A DNA stretch of 64,000 bases, taken from positions 868,001-932,000 of the forward strand of contig NW_026515668.1 of assembly GCF_025526975.1 (NCBI RefSeq), in the 5' to 3' direction. The position numbers were made by a program, and so were the translations under genes. Positions 1 to 13,692 of the stretch are shown here, piece by piece (the first letter of the stretch is position 1; the number at the start of each line of letters is the position of its first letter). Under the pieces are notes generated by a model that worked only from the letters and a program-made list of their open reading frames with translations, searched no databases and had not been told where the DNA came from. Source of the stretch: Fimicolochytrium jonesii. Lineage: Eukaryota.

Positions 1-298
1 GAATGGGGCCAGGGACCGTGTCCTGACGATGTGCTCCCATATGCTGTAGATACGAAGTTAGGAGGACACCGCTTGTGTAAAGTTTGAGGAGCATATCGCA
101 ATCGTAGGGCTGAGAACAAAAGACAACGATTATACTCGTCCAGTTTCTGGTGCCGTAGCCGCGGAAGTTTTCAGTGTGTTTCAGTAATAGCACATACATA
201 CACCCCGTGGAACCCAAAAATTTTGTAGATCCTGATGCCCCCCCCTCCCTGGCCAAATCGCTATCCCCTCCCCTTCCTTCCCTTCCATGCCACCTGAC

Positions 299-1851
299 TC
301 ACTCAACCAACCCCCTCTCCCTCAAAACCCGCAAAAGCGCCTCACATTTCTCAAACGCCCTCGTCGGCAGACTCACCAACGGTCTCCCAAAGGGTGTCGG
401 GGCGGGCGTCTTGCGTTTTCGCGTCGGCGGCGGTTTAACTTCATCCACCCCTTCTATCATCGGTCCAGGTAACCCTTCCGCTACTTCCCCTGCACCTCCT
501 GTTTCCGATGGAGTCGTCGTCGTCTTCACAGACGTGGATGACCCGTTCACCTGAGGCCGCCCGGGAGGTATGATGATCGTGCCCAACCCACTAGAGTGCC
601 CCGCGCCCCGGCCCCAGCCCCTACCCCTGCCAAGAGCCGAAAAAGTCATCGCCGTCCTCCCCCTCGGAACCCCATAGAACGATCCCGGCTTCACACCCCT
701 CCCCTGCTGTGTCTGCGTTTTGCGTCCCGGGGGTGATATCAGCGCTTTTGTAAGCACCGGTTGTCCCCTCCGCGGCGTTGAGGGGGGATCGAGGGAGTGG
801 GGTTTGAAGTAGTCAGTGATGATGGAGGAGGCGCGGCGCGGGCGGCGGGTTGTTGTTGAGGAGGAGTCCGGTGGGAGGGATGTGGCCCCTCGGGAGAGAC
901 GGGAAGGGGCGGGGTAGTCCGCGTCGTCGGGGTCTGAGTCCGGTGGGAGCGGGCGTTTGCCTGCCGGTGGTGGGGCGGACCCATCGTCTTCGTCGTCGTC
1001 GGTGTGGGAGCGCTCACGGCGACGTCGGATTGGCGCTGTACTCGATTGCGCTTGTAATGTATTATCATCCACCGCGTCCCCATCCACCTCGTCATCAACC
1101 CCAAACGCCCAAGTGGTCACAAAAGCCCCCCTCAGCAACTTCGCCGGGTATTTGGTGATAACCGCGGCATTGACATTCCCCCCTCGTCTCGGATAAGTCG
1201 GCGCGATGGACAGATCAGCGGTAGATGCTTCCATCATGCGGCGCTTGTAGAGCTGGTGGCGGACATACTCCTTTTCGCGGTTTTTGAGGCGGCGTTCGGA
1301 GTATTCGTGTTTGCGGTGGCGGTGGAGGTAGGTGGTGTCTGATAGGTGGTCCTGGGGCTGTGAGAGATCAGGGTCAATGGCAGGGTTCATGGGGGATTGG
1401 GTATGTGGGGGGAAAGACAAGGACTCACGGGTGGATCGTTGGGATCATCCTTCGGGAACAAGTCATGGATCTTTTGATTGATCTCTCTCGCTGTCAGTTC
1501 CTGGAAATCGGGAATATCGATCTCGCGGTGGCCGTGGACCAGGTTCTCCGGTGCTTCGATTGGCTGTACAAGGGCGATATGTGCGGGTTGGGGGTGAAGT
1601 GTCGTGTTGTGATAGTCGATGCAGTCGGCTAGCTCGGCGGTGGATTTGACGATGTGGAGCATGAAGGAGCCTGTGATGAGGGGGGGTTGCTCGTGGCATG
1701 TTGAGGGTGGGTGGGGTTGTGAGGGTGAGTCTGGAGGGTGTGCTTGATGTGAGCTGGGGCTCGGGCTGGTGGAGGTGGTGTTGCGCTGAACCGATGTGCT
1801 GCGGGTGGATGGGCGGAGGTGTGGTGCTGGAACATCCGAATTTGCATACAC
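299..1851 (-). CDS. PEHE/Sas4-like domain protein (candidate MYST acetyltransferase-complex subunit) with low-complexity C-terminus; start uncertain
   Basis: The segments EIDIPDFQEL and DHLSDTTYLHRHRKHEYSERRLKNREKE are joined across a GTGAGT..CAG intron at ~1358-1428. Together they resemble the PEHE (MSL1/KANSL1) and Sas4 motif. Confidence 0.5.
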
Positions 1852-2933
1852 AGTGGGAATCCATCAAACAAGATGAAGTGGTCGGATAACGAGAGAATAG
1901 AAAAGAAGAAATGATATTCAATACGCTTTTTGCAGCTACAAAAGGGATCGAAGAAATTCAAAGTTTGTATTTACGTGAAGATTCTATAACGGTCGTCTGC
2001 CTGTCACGGAGCTGTCTGCTATTTGAAGGTTCCCGGCTTTCTAATAGACTCATGCCGACTATCTTTTCTAGCTCTTCGATCGCTTCTTTGAATTTACCGA
2101 CATAGACTCCTATGGAATGAGGAAAGGGTTAACGCTTCGTCACCGAGTGTTTGGTCGCCCCGCAACCCACCTTAGGGCCTAATGCTAATAGGGATGCTTT
2201 GCCTCACATGACTGATCCCCACCTCTCTGAAAAAGGTCCAGCCGCAAACGATTTAATCTCGGTCGGTCGGTGAAGCTGATGAGAACGGTGAGAGATTGCG
2301 GTTGTTACCTGGTGGTGGTCGGCGAAAGGATGAACTGTACACAGCTGCTCGCAATTGCGTTGCGAAGGAGGAAGTTAGTGGGCCGCCGACAGCTTTCGCA
2401 ATTGCGTTGGGAAGGCACGTTAGGCCGCGCGTCTAGAGGCGGCATGGTTTACCGAGGGTTTAGGGGTTCATGCGCGAGTAAGCCTTCCGCGCGAGTCTTT
2501 CTTATGCTCGCATTCTACATGGGGGCCGATGGTCGTATGTACACATGGGGGGAACAGGTGAGATGCACGCCTGTGGGAATGTTACACACACTACCAAGAC
2601 AGCCTCTGCCCCATGCCCATTGGACATCTGATTGGACATGGACGTCCGGATAGGATCGCCCCTGCCCGCCCCCCGACAGTTCCATTGACTTCTGGGCCTC
2701 CTCACTCACCCAGAGGGCATCATCACACTTCTGGCTGGGCCTTCTCCCCACCGACTGGCCACCACATCGCACACCGACCGCCCATCACATCATACACTTG
2801 TGAGCATTGTTGCACCCACCCCACGCGCTACAGGTACGTTTGCGTGAGTGTTTTCGCAACCCCATTGGCGCAGGTTCCTTTCCTTACATCCTCCACTCAC
2901 CCTTGTTAGCATCCCATCTTCGGTCAGGTCATC

Positions 2934-5900
2934 ATGACCTCCGACGACGACCCCACCCACGAAGAACTCATGGCCATGTGGAAGCAGCAGAGAGCACGGG
3001 GGAATGAAGCTGCTGAATGGAGGGCGGCGGCAGAGAGGGCGGCGGCAGAGAGGGCGGAGGCAGAGAGGGAGGCGGAAACGGGACCGAGTGCGACCACTAA
3101 GGTCGCTGCCAAGAAGCGAGGCGGGAAGCAAGGCGGGAAGCAAGGTGGGAAGCAAGCAGTCGGGAAGGCGACAAAGGCAATTGCGGCGGCTGCCGCGGAG
3201 AACTGCAAGCCAATTGCAGGACATGGCGGACACCAATGACGAGGACTCGAACGACGCCATATCCATCCACAGTGAAGGCCATGACATGGGGCCGCCACCG
3301 CGACCCGCACCCAACCCTGCTTCCACTGCCGCACCCAAGCCCGCTTCCACTGCCGCACCCGAATCCGCTTCCACTGCCGCACCCGAATCCGCTTCCACTA
3401 CCGCACCCGAATCCGCTTCCACAACCGCTTCCACTGCCGCACCCGAATCCGCTTCCACTGCCGCTTCCACTGCCGCACCCGAATCCGCTTCCACTACCGC
3501 ACCCGAATCCGCTTCCACTACCACTTCCACTGCCGCACCCCAATCCGCTTCCACTACCGCACCCGAATCCGCTTCCACTACCGCTTCCACTGCCGCACCC
3601 GAATCCGCCACCGTGCCCACGTCCGACATTCCTGAAACGATCCCCGCCACCGTGCCCACGTCCGACAACCCATCTAGCCAGGCGAAGAAGAAGATCAGGC
3701 TATCGGCGCTTGCCCGAGTTCGTCAACGAAACCACGGTGGTCAGTTCATGAGGGACACGCCGACCGACATCAATGTATCATCCGTTTTCCATGCCTCCGG
3801 AATCGTTGGGGATCGTTCGAATTACAAGTACACGATGATGCAGAGCATCCTGCATACAATGAACGCCATGGACACTTCCGCTCTCACTATGATGCACGCA
3901 TTGTTGTTCAGTCCCTTCGAACAGGTGCTGCGAGAAGCACATCTACGTGTCAAACGATGCCATTTTCAATCCCACCAAGAATGGCAGGACGGGATTGAGA
4001 GTTTTATATCGGGAATACATCAGAGGATGATTGAACTGTTCAGCACGAAGTTGGATTTGATGGGGGGCCATCGAGTTGATCTTCTCTCCCTGGTCTTGGC
4101 TGAACGAGAGCACGCGTCCGAGGAGGAATGGAAGGAGAAGGAGAGGGAGAAGGAGATAGAGGACAGGCAGCGAATGTAAATATACTATGCAGTTTGCTGT
4201 TTCTGTTTGAGTCTTGGAATGAAAATTGAGTATCATTTCGTGAATTTCGTGTCAGATCCATTACCTATGCCAGAGGAATGTTGTCGCCGCCGTGCTCGCC
4301 GAGCGACGGACAAACTCCAACCAAACCGAGCGACAAACAACCTCGATTGGGGCGGTTGGGGATAAACCCTGGGGATTTCGGGGCGGTTGGGGCGATGAGC
4401 GGGGTGGGGAATCCGATTGTTGTGGAGGAGGCGGGGCGGGGGGGTGTGGCGGGCTTGGTTGCGCCGGTGCTGATTGTCGGGGAGGGGCGCCGACGGGGTG
4501 GCGGGAGAGGGATGGTGCGGGTGTGGATGCGGATTTGGTGACGGAGGAGGCGAGGGGGAGGTGGGGAAGGCATTTAGGGTGGTTAAGTGAGGCTGAGGAA
4601 GGTCGACCAGCTGCGGAGGGTTCGGAATCCCCTTCGGACTCTATTTCGGGAGGCAAACGGAAACGAGGGATTCCGTCACCCCCCCCCCCCCCCCCCCACC
4701 ACCAATAACCCCCAACGACACCATCAGCGCCCTCCTCTCCACCCCGACCGCGCTCTACACCACGGCCTCCATGGGCGGCACCTCGCTCAAACCGCCCGGA
4801 CGCATTTCCTCCTGCGCACATTATAGTGCGTCCATTGCGTCCATCCACGCCCGCCGCGTCGTCACATCACCCCCGGGTGGTCACATCACCAATCGGAGCG
4901 ACGGACAAACTCCGAAGTGGGCCCCAATTACCACTGATGGCTGGCTGACCAGATGGTATCGTTCCGCGGCACCGAACGCGTTGGTGTATGCTGCCACTGA
5001 GATAACGCCGGTGAGAAAGAAAGACAAAGTGGCGTACGTCCCATCTGGAAAACAAGTCACGCTATCGGCGGGTGACCTGTGATTGGAGGACAGGCAAGGA
5101 AAACCGCTCTTTGCCGTCTTTCACGGCCAGATGGCACGGGATTATCTGGACCAAAGTCAAAACCCTTCACAACGCTCAGCAACTCCGTCCGTCAAGGGTG
5201 AGCATTTCGGGCTCACCCCTGAGCAGGATGCAGTTGTGACGCAGACTCTCTGGCGCCTGTATCAGGACCGCTCCGACATACCAGCAAGGGCAAAATCGTC
5301 TAACGTTCGATACGACGGCACCACCGATACTACCATCTTCAATGCCGGTATACATATCCCGCACGGTTCCGTGGCACAGATCCCCGTGCCGACGAAGGAG
5401 ACTAGGGACCACGAGAAGGCTTGGGCTGAAATCGTGAACGTCTTCCAGGAGACTGGGGCATCGTCGAAGCTCTGCGATGTTAAAGATTTCTTGGAGGGCA
5501 CTGACTGGCGTTCCATCCTCTCCAGCACTATCCCCGCCGAACTCCTACACTACATTGGAGGCGACCCGACAAAGCCAGAGGACCTGGTGATGCCCGGATG
5601 TTTCTGCGCCGTGAATTTCAACAACGTTTGTCGCACCCATTTCGACACGCAGAATCACGATTGGTGTCTGATGACGGCGCATGGATGGTTCCTTCGCGGG
5701 GAGTTGATTCTTCAAATGGACAACGGTACGGAGTATTTGGGGCCGATCTGGCCAGGCGACACCGTAGCCGGCTTGATGCACTGTATTCGGCACAGGAGCT
5801 CAGCATTTGAGGGGAAATTCCGTGGAACTGTCGTTTGGACGGTGAAGAAACAACTACGCGACTTGAGGAACAAGCATCCCCTGCCCCCGTTGGGAGTGGC

Positions 5901-6976
5901 CCCGTGCTCCCAACGACCTCTACCTCTGGGCCGGCAATGTGGAAAGGCGAGCCGTGGCCAAAGGTGGATGAAGAACACCTCGTCTTCCTTGAACGCGTAA
6001 TCGGCAGCACGAATATGCCGGTGGGCCAGGCTGTCGGTAAAGGAAAAGGGGCCCTGAAGATACCGGCAGAGTCGTCGATTATAGACCCCGCTACCATTGA
6101 GAAGATTGTCAAAACCGATAGCTGGCTGAATGATCAAGCTGTCAACAGGTGCGTTCCTTTTTCTGATGCGCACGTCTCATTGTTGTCTCTCACTGATGCT
6201 TTTCGTTGGATGTTACTGCTCCATATATATAGGTGGTGTGCGTTGTTACAAGCCAGGTCATTACAGCACCCGACCATTTATCCACCACTGCTAGCGGTTG
6301 GATCCACTTGGCTCCAAAGTGCCAAAATGGCACGGAGATCCAGTGTCCCTATTCGGTTTGTTCCGGTAAGAAAAGTTTTGGACTTTATTACCGTCCTGCG
6401 CTTCAACCAACTTTCCGTTTTTTGGTTGTTGTTAAGCGGTCTGTCAACGTCGCAGAGTACAACATACTGCTATTCCCAACAAACCCAGACAATCTGCACT
6501 GGGTCCTCTGGGTCCTGTTTGCAATACTCGTCGCGGTACCGGTGCCCAGGACTGCAAAACCACTACGCCCTGGTTCGCCGTTAACCAGACATGAAAACCT
6601 ATCCATCGTTTTATTTGACTCCAAGGCTTGCCCAGGCGACAAGTACTACGTTGATAAGATGGCCAATATCGGCTCCATCTTGTGGGATTGGTACACCAGG
6701 GCCACTGAAGCCCCCCTCAAAGACGCACCTACCATTGCCGCCCTCTTCACACCTCAACAGACAGATGACCAGAACTGCGGTACGTTTGTGTGCATGATGG
6801 CTGATGCCATTGCCCGGGGTGCTGTGGGTGAGGTCACGGAATCATGGGCCGATGATCCACAGACCGCCGTCAATGCCCGCCATAACATCGCACTGAGCAT
6901 CGTATTGGCGACATTTCTTAATGATGGGGATGCTCATCAGTATACGAATGTGACAAAGTGCAAGATCTATGACTGA
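2934..6976 (+). pseudogene. Decayed multi-exon gene: repeat-rich N-terminus + TET/JBP-like 2OG-Fe(II) dioxygenase + Ulp1/C48 cysteine peptidase
   Basis: Dioxygenase motifs HFD..N, GELIL, PGD..H..RH and R-x-T-V-V lie in 5083-5870. Peptidase motifs WLNDQAVN, HW, FDS and QQTDDQNCGTFVC lie in ~6120-6800. Introns are at 4176-4255, ~6149-6232 and ~6366-6436. Lesions: in-frame TGA at 5080-5082, frameshifts at ~3210 and ~5880, and a 595-bp insert. Confidence 0.7.
3316..3612 (+). repeat. Coding minisatellite (CCGCTTCCACTGCCGCACCCGAAT-type units; ASTAAPES repeats)
   Basis: Near-identical 12/24-bp tandem units are directly visible. Confidence 0.95.
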
Positions 6977-7162
6977 CTGTAGCAGTAGTCCTCTAGATTT
7001 CAATAGCAGCAATGTAGTAGTCAAAACGGCGTACATACATACATACATTCTAATAATCAGAATGGCAGTTTCTTTGCCCAGGTGAGCGTAACGGTAATCC
7101 TCACAAAAATATGCCCTACACTGCCCCCAACCGTAGGTAACGCCCAGAGGCTCTCCCACCCT

Positions 7163-8216
7163 TTACAAAACCGCCACGAGCTTCTCTGCACTGACTCGTC
7201 CGTTGGCCGAATCATCCAACCCCTTCAATACTCCCTCCAGTCCTTCCAGCTTGGTAACTTTGTTGACCTTCAACCTCCCCTGCACAAAGTACTCCAACAC
7301 CTCCTCATCAAGGACCTTCGCCACAAACTCCCCAACGGCGGGAGCAAGCCCCATAATGAACTTGAAACTGATCCCCTCGGGCGAGTTGAAGTCCGGGCTG
7401 GTGATGGAGACGATCTTTGCGGGGATGTCTGCGTTCGCCCTCAGAACTTGAGACAACTTCCCGATGGCGTCGCCGTGGCCGACAAGGTCCAGACCAGCAC
7501 GCGCGCGCCCGGCGGTGAGTTTCTTGATTTCCTCCACCACGTCGTCGCGCTTATAGTCCACGACGTGGGATGCACCCAGGCTGCGGACGAGCTCATGGTT
7601 CTTGGGGCTCGCGGTGGCGATCACGTTGTAGCCGGCCGCTGAGGCGAGTTGGACGGCGTACATGCCGACGGAGGTGGCTCCGCCCCAGATGACGACGTAT
7701 TCCGGGGCGAACCACCTGGTGTGGGTGTTGGGGCGGGCAAGCTTGAGTCCGTCGTCGGCAAAAAGGGTGTAAACGGCGGTCGACAGAGCAGTTGGGAAGG
7801 TGGCGCCGTCTTCGAAGGATAGGTTGGATGGGAGCTTGAAGGTGCGGATGGCCTCCGCGGTGCTGTACTCGCCGAACGCGTTTCCGGTGGTCAAGGCAAA
7901 GACCTTGTCGCCGGCCTTGAATCCTCGTTCGGCGGCTTTGGATCCTACTTTTGTGATCTCTCCGCTGACGTCGTAGCCGAGACGGGTTGGCCAGGACTCG
8001 ATCAAGAATCCGAAGTTGGACATTTTCCAGTCGATGGGGCTGAAAAGGAAGTAGGGAGTTAGTATCGTGTTTTCGATTGGACAACGAGATGCGCGTAGCC
8101 TACTTGATTGAAACAGCTTTGCTCTTGATGAGGACTTGGCTGTCAGAGACGGTCAGCTCCGGCACGCTTTCGATGACCAACTGGCCTTTCTCCTTGACGA
8201 TGACTGCTTTGGACAT
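7163..8216 (-). CDS. Medium-chain dehydrogenase/reductase, enoyl-reductase-like
   Basis: MSKAVIVKEKG..VLIKSKAVSIN|PIDWK is joined over an intron at ~8040-8103. It also has LGYDVSG, WGGATSVG (NADPH binding), ASPKNHELVRSLGA and a C-terminal VSAEKLV. Confidence 0.9.
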
Positions 8217-8807
8217 TGTGGGCGCGGTTGACGTTGATAACAAGGATGCCGTGAGTGGTGTGCTTCTGTTCGATTCTCGGTTGAAAGAGAAGAGAGCAAG
8301 GCCTATTGCGAGGGGAAGGACGAGATATGTGCTGTATTTAAGGAACCGAAAGCTTCCTGCGAAGTGTGAAATGGAAGTGCTGGATGAGTGAAAGGCGAGA
8401 GGAGGCTCTGGCGCGGACCCGCCGTACCTCCGAGCGTCGTAGTAGTAGGCATACCTTGTTATGAGCGACGGAGAGGAGGCTGCTCGATACTGTACTTTCA
8501 GGAAAAGAGAGAGAGAGAGAGGGGGGGGGAGGGGGGGGGGGGGGGGGTGTTGGCAAGCAAGCGTCGTGGAAGCCTCCTTCAAGAAGCTCTGACGTTGCGC
8601 TCGCCCATCTCATAAACCACTGTTAGGCAGCCGCTTTGCAACGGGGTGTGTGCAGCAGGTAAGTCACAGCTGCGTATGGGAAGAAACACGCCGTCAACCT
8701 GCGCGAAGTCCACCCCCCCCGCTGTCAGAGAGACGCACACAACAGACACAACACCCCCGCAACCTTCCCAACTGGCCGCTCCAGAACAGCTGTGCGCTCC
8801 CTTAACG

Positions 8808-10769
8808 ATGCCGCCCAGACCCTCAACAGCCTCAACAGCCAAGACCCGCCTCGGGCGCCTCCTCGCTTTCGCCCTCCCTTTCGCCCTCCTTGGCCTCCTC
8901 GCCCTCGTGCAAACCTCCGCCGCCGCCGCCGCAGCCGCCGCAATAACAACAGAAGAGTACAAAGCCGTCAACAAGCTCGTCACCCACATCCCCCCATCAA
9001 AATTCGCAGAAACAATCGCAACAAGCACCCGCCTCGTCTTCTTTGGCTCAAACAGCTGCCCACACTGCCGCGAATTCACTCCCGCATGGCTGAAAGTCCA
9101 GCAACGGGTCGATAACCTCGAGAAGGAGTTTTACCTCCACAAAGTCGAATGCACGGGACGGGCCGACAACGAGGACCTGTGCAATGACCAGCAGATCACC
9201 GGCTACCCTACCGTTCGGCTGTTCCATAACGGGAAGCAGATCGATGAGCCGGCAGACGTGCAGGATTTGGAGAACCTGAATGTGTATGTGGACGGGCAAA
9301 TCGCGAAATATGCGTCCGACAAAGTGGCCCTGGAGAACTTGAAGGCGTTGGCTGCGGCGGCGCCGGGGGGTGTCGAGGGGCAGAATATCAACCTGGACGG
9401 GCGGATGGTGCATTTGACCGACAAGACGTTTGAGATCATGACCAACAACACGCCGTGGTTTGTCATGTTCCATGCGCCATGGTGCGGGCACTGTAAGCAG
9501 CTCAAGCCGGTGTTTGAGGACTTGGCGCCGGCGATGAGGGGGAAGGTTAACATCGGCGCACTCAACTGCGACGATCACCCTAAGCTGTGCAAGAGACACA
9601 ATGTGCGGGGATACCCCACCGTCAAATTCCTGGAACTGCCGGGGACAAACATAGAGTACAAGGGAGCGAGATCGTACGATGCGCTCAAGAACTACCTGAC
9701 CAACCTATCAGGCCGAAAGGCCCTCGAAATCGTTACGTCCGCGCAAATCCCCAAAATCCTCCAACAAAACGAAGTCGCCTTCTTCCTTTCCCTCGGCGGC
9801 CGCTACATCCAACACTCCGACGCCCTCAAAGCCTTCAAAACCGTCGCCACCAATTTCCGCAATGACGCCCGCTTCTACGTCACCATCGACTCAGCCGCCA
9901 ACACCCTCTTGAAACCCCCCCCAGGCAACCCGCACCTCCTCGCCCTAAAAGACAACGGCGAAACCACCATCCCCTACATCGGTGACTACCACAACACTGA
10001 CTCCTCCCGTCTCTACATGCGCCAATTCATCGCCGCCCACAGGTACCCTCGCGTCACCCACCTCGACGCCAACAACCAGGAAGAGATCCTGGGCGGGGAT
10101 CGCCTGGTCGTGATGGCCGTCATTGAGCCGTCCTCCGCGCGCCGCACGAGCATCAATAACGCGTTGAAGGACGCGAGCAGGGCGTGGGCGAAGAAGGAGG
10201 AGGCGGAGAAGTTGCATGATCTGGTGGTTTTCACGTGGTTGGATGGGGTCAAGTGGGAGAATTATGTGGAGAGGGTGTATGGACTTAATCGGGGGATGTT
10301 GCCGGCGCTGGTTATCTCCGATCCGAAGGTGCGTCTCTTTATCCCCTGTGCGCAGTGAGCGTCCTTTCTACTACGTGAGGTATGAACTAAAATGGAACTT
10401 GCAGGAGGACAAATACTACGACACAGACAAAACAGGCCGCTCAATCGGCTTCGACAAGGAATCCCTCCTCGCCGCCATCGACGAGATCCTCGAGGGCGTC
10501 GCAAAGGTAATGTAAAATGCCCAATCCCCATCCCCCCCTCACCCATCCTTCCCATCCTCACACCCCCTCTCCCCCTCCAGCCCAAATACACCGCAGGAAT
10601 TCTGGGCCGCACCTCCCGCAAGCTCTTCAAATCCCTCGACGGCGTCGCAACAACCGCACGGAGTAATTTCTGGACACTGTTGTTTTTCAGCGTGCTGGTG
10701 GGCGTGGCGTATGTGTATGGCGCGATTCCGGGGTTGAAGAGGGGGAGGAATGATCCGAAGGCTGAGTAG
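8808..10769 (+). CDS. Membrane-anchored protein disulfide isomerase (Eps1/TXNDC5-like)
   Basis: Signal peptide, thioredoxin domains with CPHC and WCGHC, two 3' introns (~10329-10404, ~10507-10579), a C-terminal TM helix and a PKAE end. Confidence 0.88.
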
Positions 10770-11124
10770 GAAGGAGGGGGTTTTGATGTGTAGGGTAGAT
10801 CTTTGATCAGGGGGAGTTCTTTTTGTGACTGATTCCGCGGATCCGATTGGCGACTGATTAGGCGAATGGTCAACTGGCCCGCACATACCACTACCGGCTC
10901 ACCTACACACCTCGTGCTCTGAAGCATTTCTGGCTGGACACAAAACCTCCGCGCGTCAATGCAACAAACGTGCACTTGTGGGGAACATGGAGACCGCTCG
11001 TCAACCACGACCGCTGGGATATTCCTGATGGATGGGCCGCTATAAGCTGTTTTGGAAAGTTTGGAGTGGACCGGGGGCCTGTTCTGCCTTCCCGACCTGG
11101 CAATGTTATTGGCTGTTGAACAAC

Positions 11125-11235
11125 TCGCGCGGCCGGCTGTTATTATTGGCTGTTACTCGCACATGTAACCCTAACTGTAGATTATACCGCGCGGCCGGCT
11201 GTTATTGGCTGCTTACTCGCGTGCAACCCTAACTG
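11125..11235 (+). repeat. Imperfect ~58-bp tandem duplication, each unit ending in AACCCTAAC
   Basis: CGCGCGGCCGGCTGTTATT..GGCTG..TTACTCGC..AACCCTAACTGT occurs twice. Confidence 0.8.
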
Positions 11236-11903
11236 TTCTGCCTAGTGTGAGTAGTGTGTGCCTGGCTTGATGTGCTGTCATCCAGCAGGCACGCAAAGGC
11301 ACACGCCCCAGATCTGTAACTGAAACTGAGCACCCAGGCGGGCCAAAACAATGAGGCGGGCCAAAGCACCCATCCCACAACATCACCCTGCCCACCATGA
11401 CCAACCATATGCACGCCATATCCCTCCCGCGGGCAGCTTCTGGTCCCTGTTGTTGTATTCCCCGCCAAGGTCACAACAACCAGAACCTACGCCACGACTC
11501 ACGCACCCAGTTCTGAACCGCCGACTTTCGCTGGTAGGTCATTCAACATGGTGCAACGCATTCTCTCCAACACTACCTCCGACACTACGCAGAAAGTGCT
11601 GAGGAGTGTTGCTGCATATATGCTCATGTACTTGTGAACGCGGGTCTCACGCATCGCTTTTGTTCAACAACAGTTTTCGACGGCAGCAAAAACCACAGGT
11701 TCCCAAAGTACATACAGTACGAAGTCTGCAGCAACACACACCGGCTTAACTCGTTCAGCAGAGCTCATTCGTAGCAGCTGCGCACGACAAATCAGCAGCG
11801 CAATCAACCCATCCGCCACACAATCGAGGTGCCAAAGCACAACGGAGCCGCCCAAAAACAGCCGAATACACATCTACCGTTCAACGGAGGATTGGACACC
11901 GCT

Positions 11904-12888
<985 letters not shown>

Positions 12889-13692
12889 GGGGATGTATGA
12901 GCGACGGTCGATGGACGGTGATGGTATCCGAGCCCGTCGCAGACATTGTATAACTGCAGAACCCCATATAGACGCACCCCAACCCTGGATCTGGACAACT
13001 TGGTTTGGTTTCACGTCTCCGAATCCCTTTGTCCATGTTACTTGTATGTCAAATATCCCTTTTTCTCTTCAATCATATCCGACCTTCTTTTTTGGACCTA
13101 GGTTTCTACAGTATCTCGTAGCTTGCATGTCCATCCAATCCTCCATGTTCAGACGACTCTTTCCGTGCACGAGCGGTGGAATCTATGGGAGATCAGGCGC
13201 GAAGCCTCCCAAATTTCGCGCGCAAGGGCTGGCGTCGGCGGCGTTGCCGCCTCTAGACGCGCGGCCTAACGTTCCTTCCCATTGGACACGCTTCCCATTG
13301 ACCAATGGGAACCCTACGTGGCCTTCCCATTGGCCAGTAACGCCGCCGACGCCAGCCTATTATAAGTCGGGTAGCAAAAAGCCGTGTCTCCTTGAAATCT
13401 CCTATCAACCCGGACTCCACTCCATCTGGCCTCCTTATTGTAGATATATCCATTAAGCGTGGAGTCCCATCAAGCGTTCCTATTGTATGTAAGAACCTCA
13501 GAAACCTTCTCCCCCAGTCTTTGTCTTTCTTGCGGGTCCTTCTCCCCCAGTCTTTGTCTTTCTTGCGGGTCAACCGCTGTATATATTTATATGTGAATAT
13601 GAGAGAGGTGCGCTTCGAAAGTGTATGGTTGTGAGGAATATTGATATTCTATTGCTGGTGCGATACTGCATACAGGAAGTGTGGAGCGCTTT

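Noticed and set aside
3316..3612. Possible CRISPR array (also considered for 42830-43125 and 58788-59180)
   Set aside because: Contiguous tandem units with no unique spacers, eukaryotic context and no cas genes.
2790..3751. VEADSGAA, GSGSGFGC and PLPLPHPN repeat ORFs
   Set aside because: These are alternative frames and strands of the same minisatellite. Only the ASTAAPES frame connects to the downstream exons.
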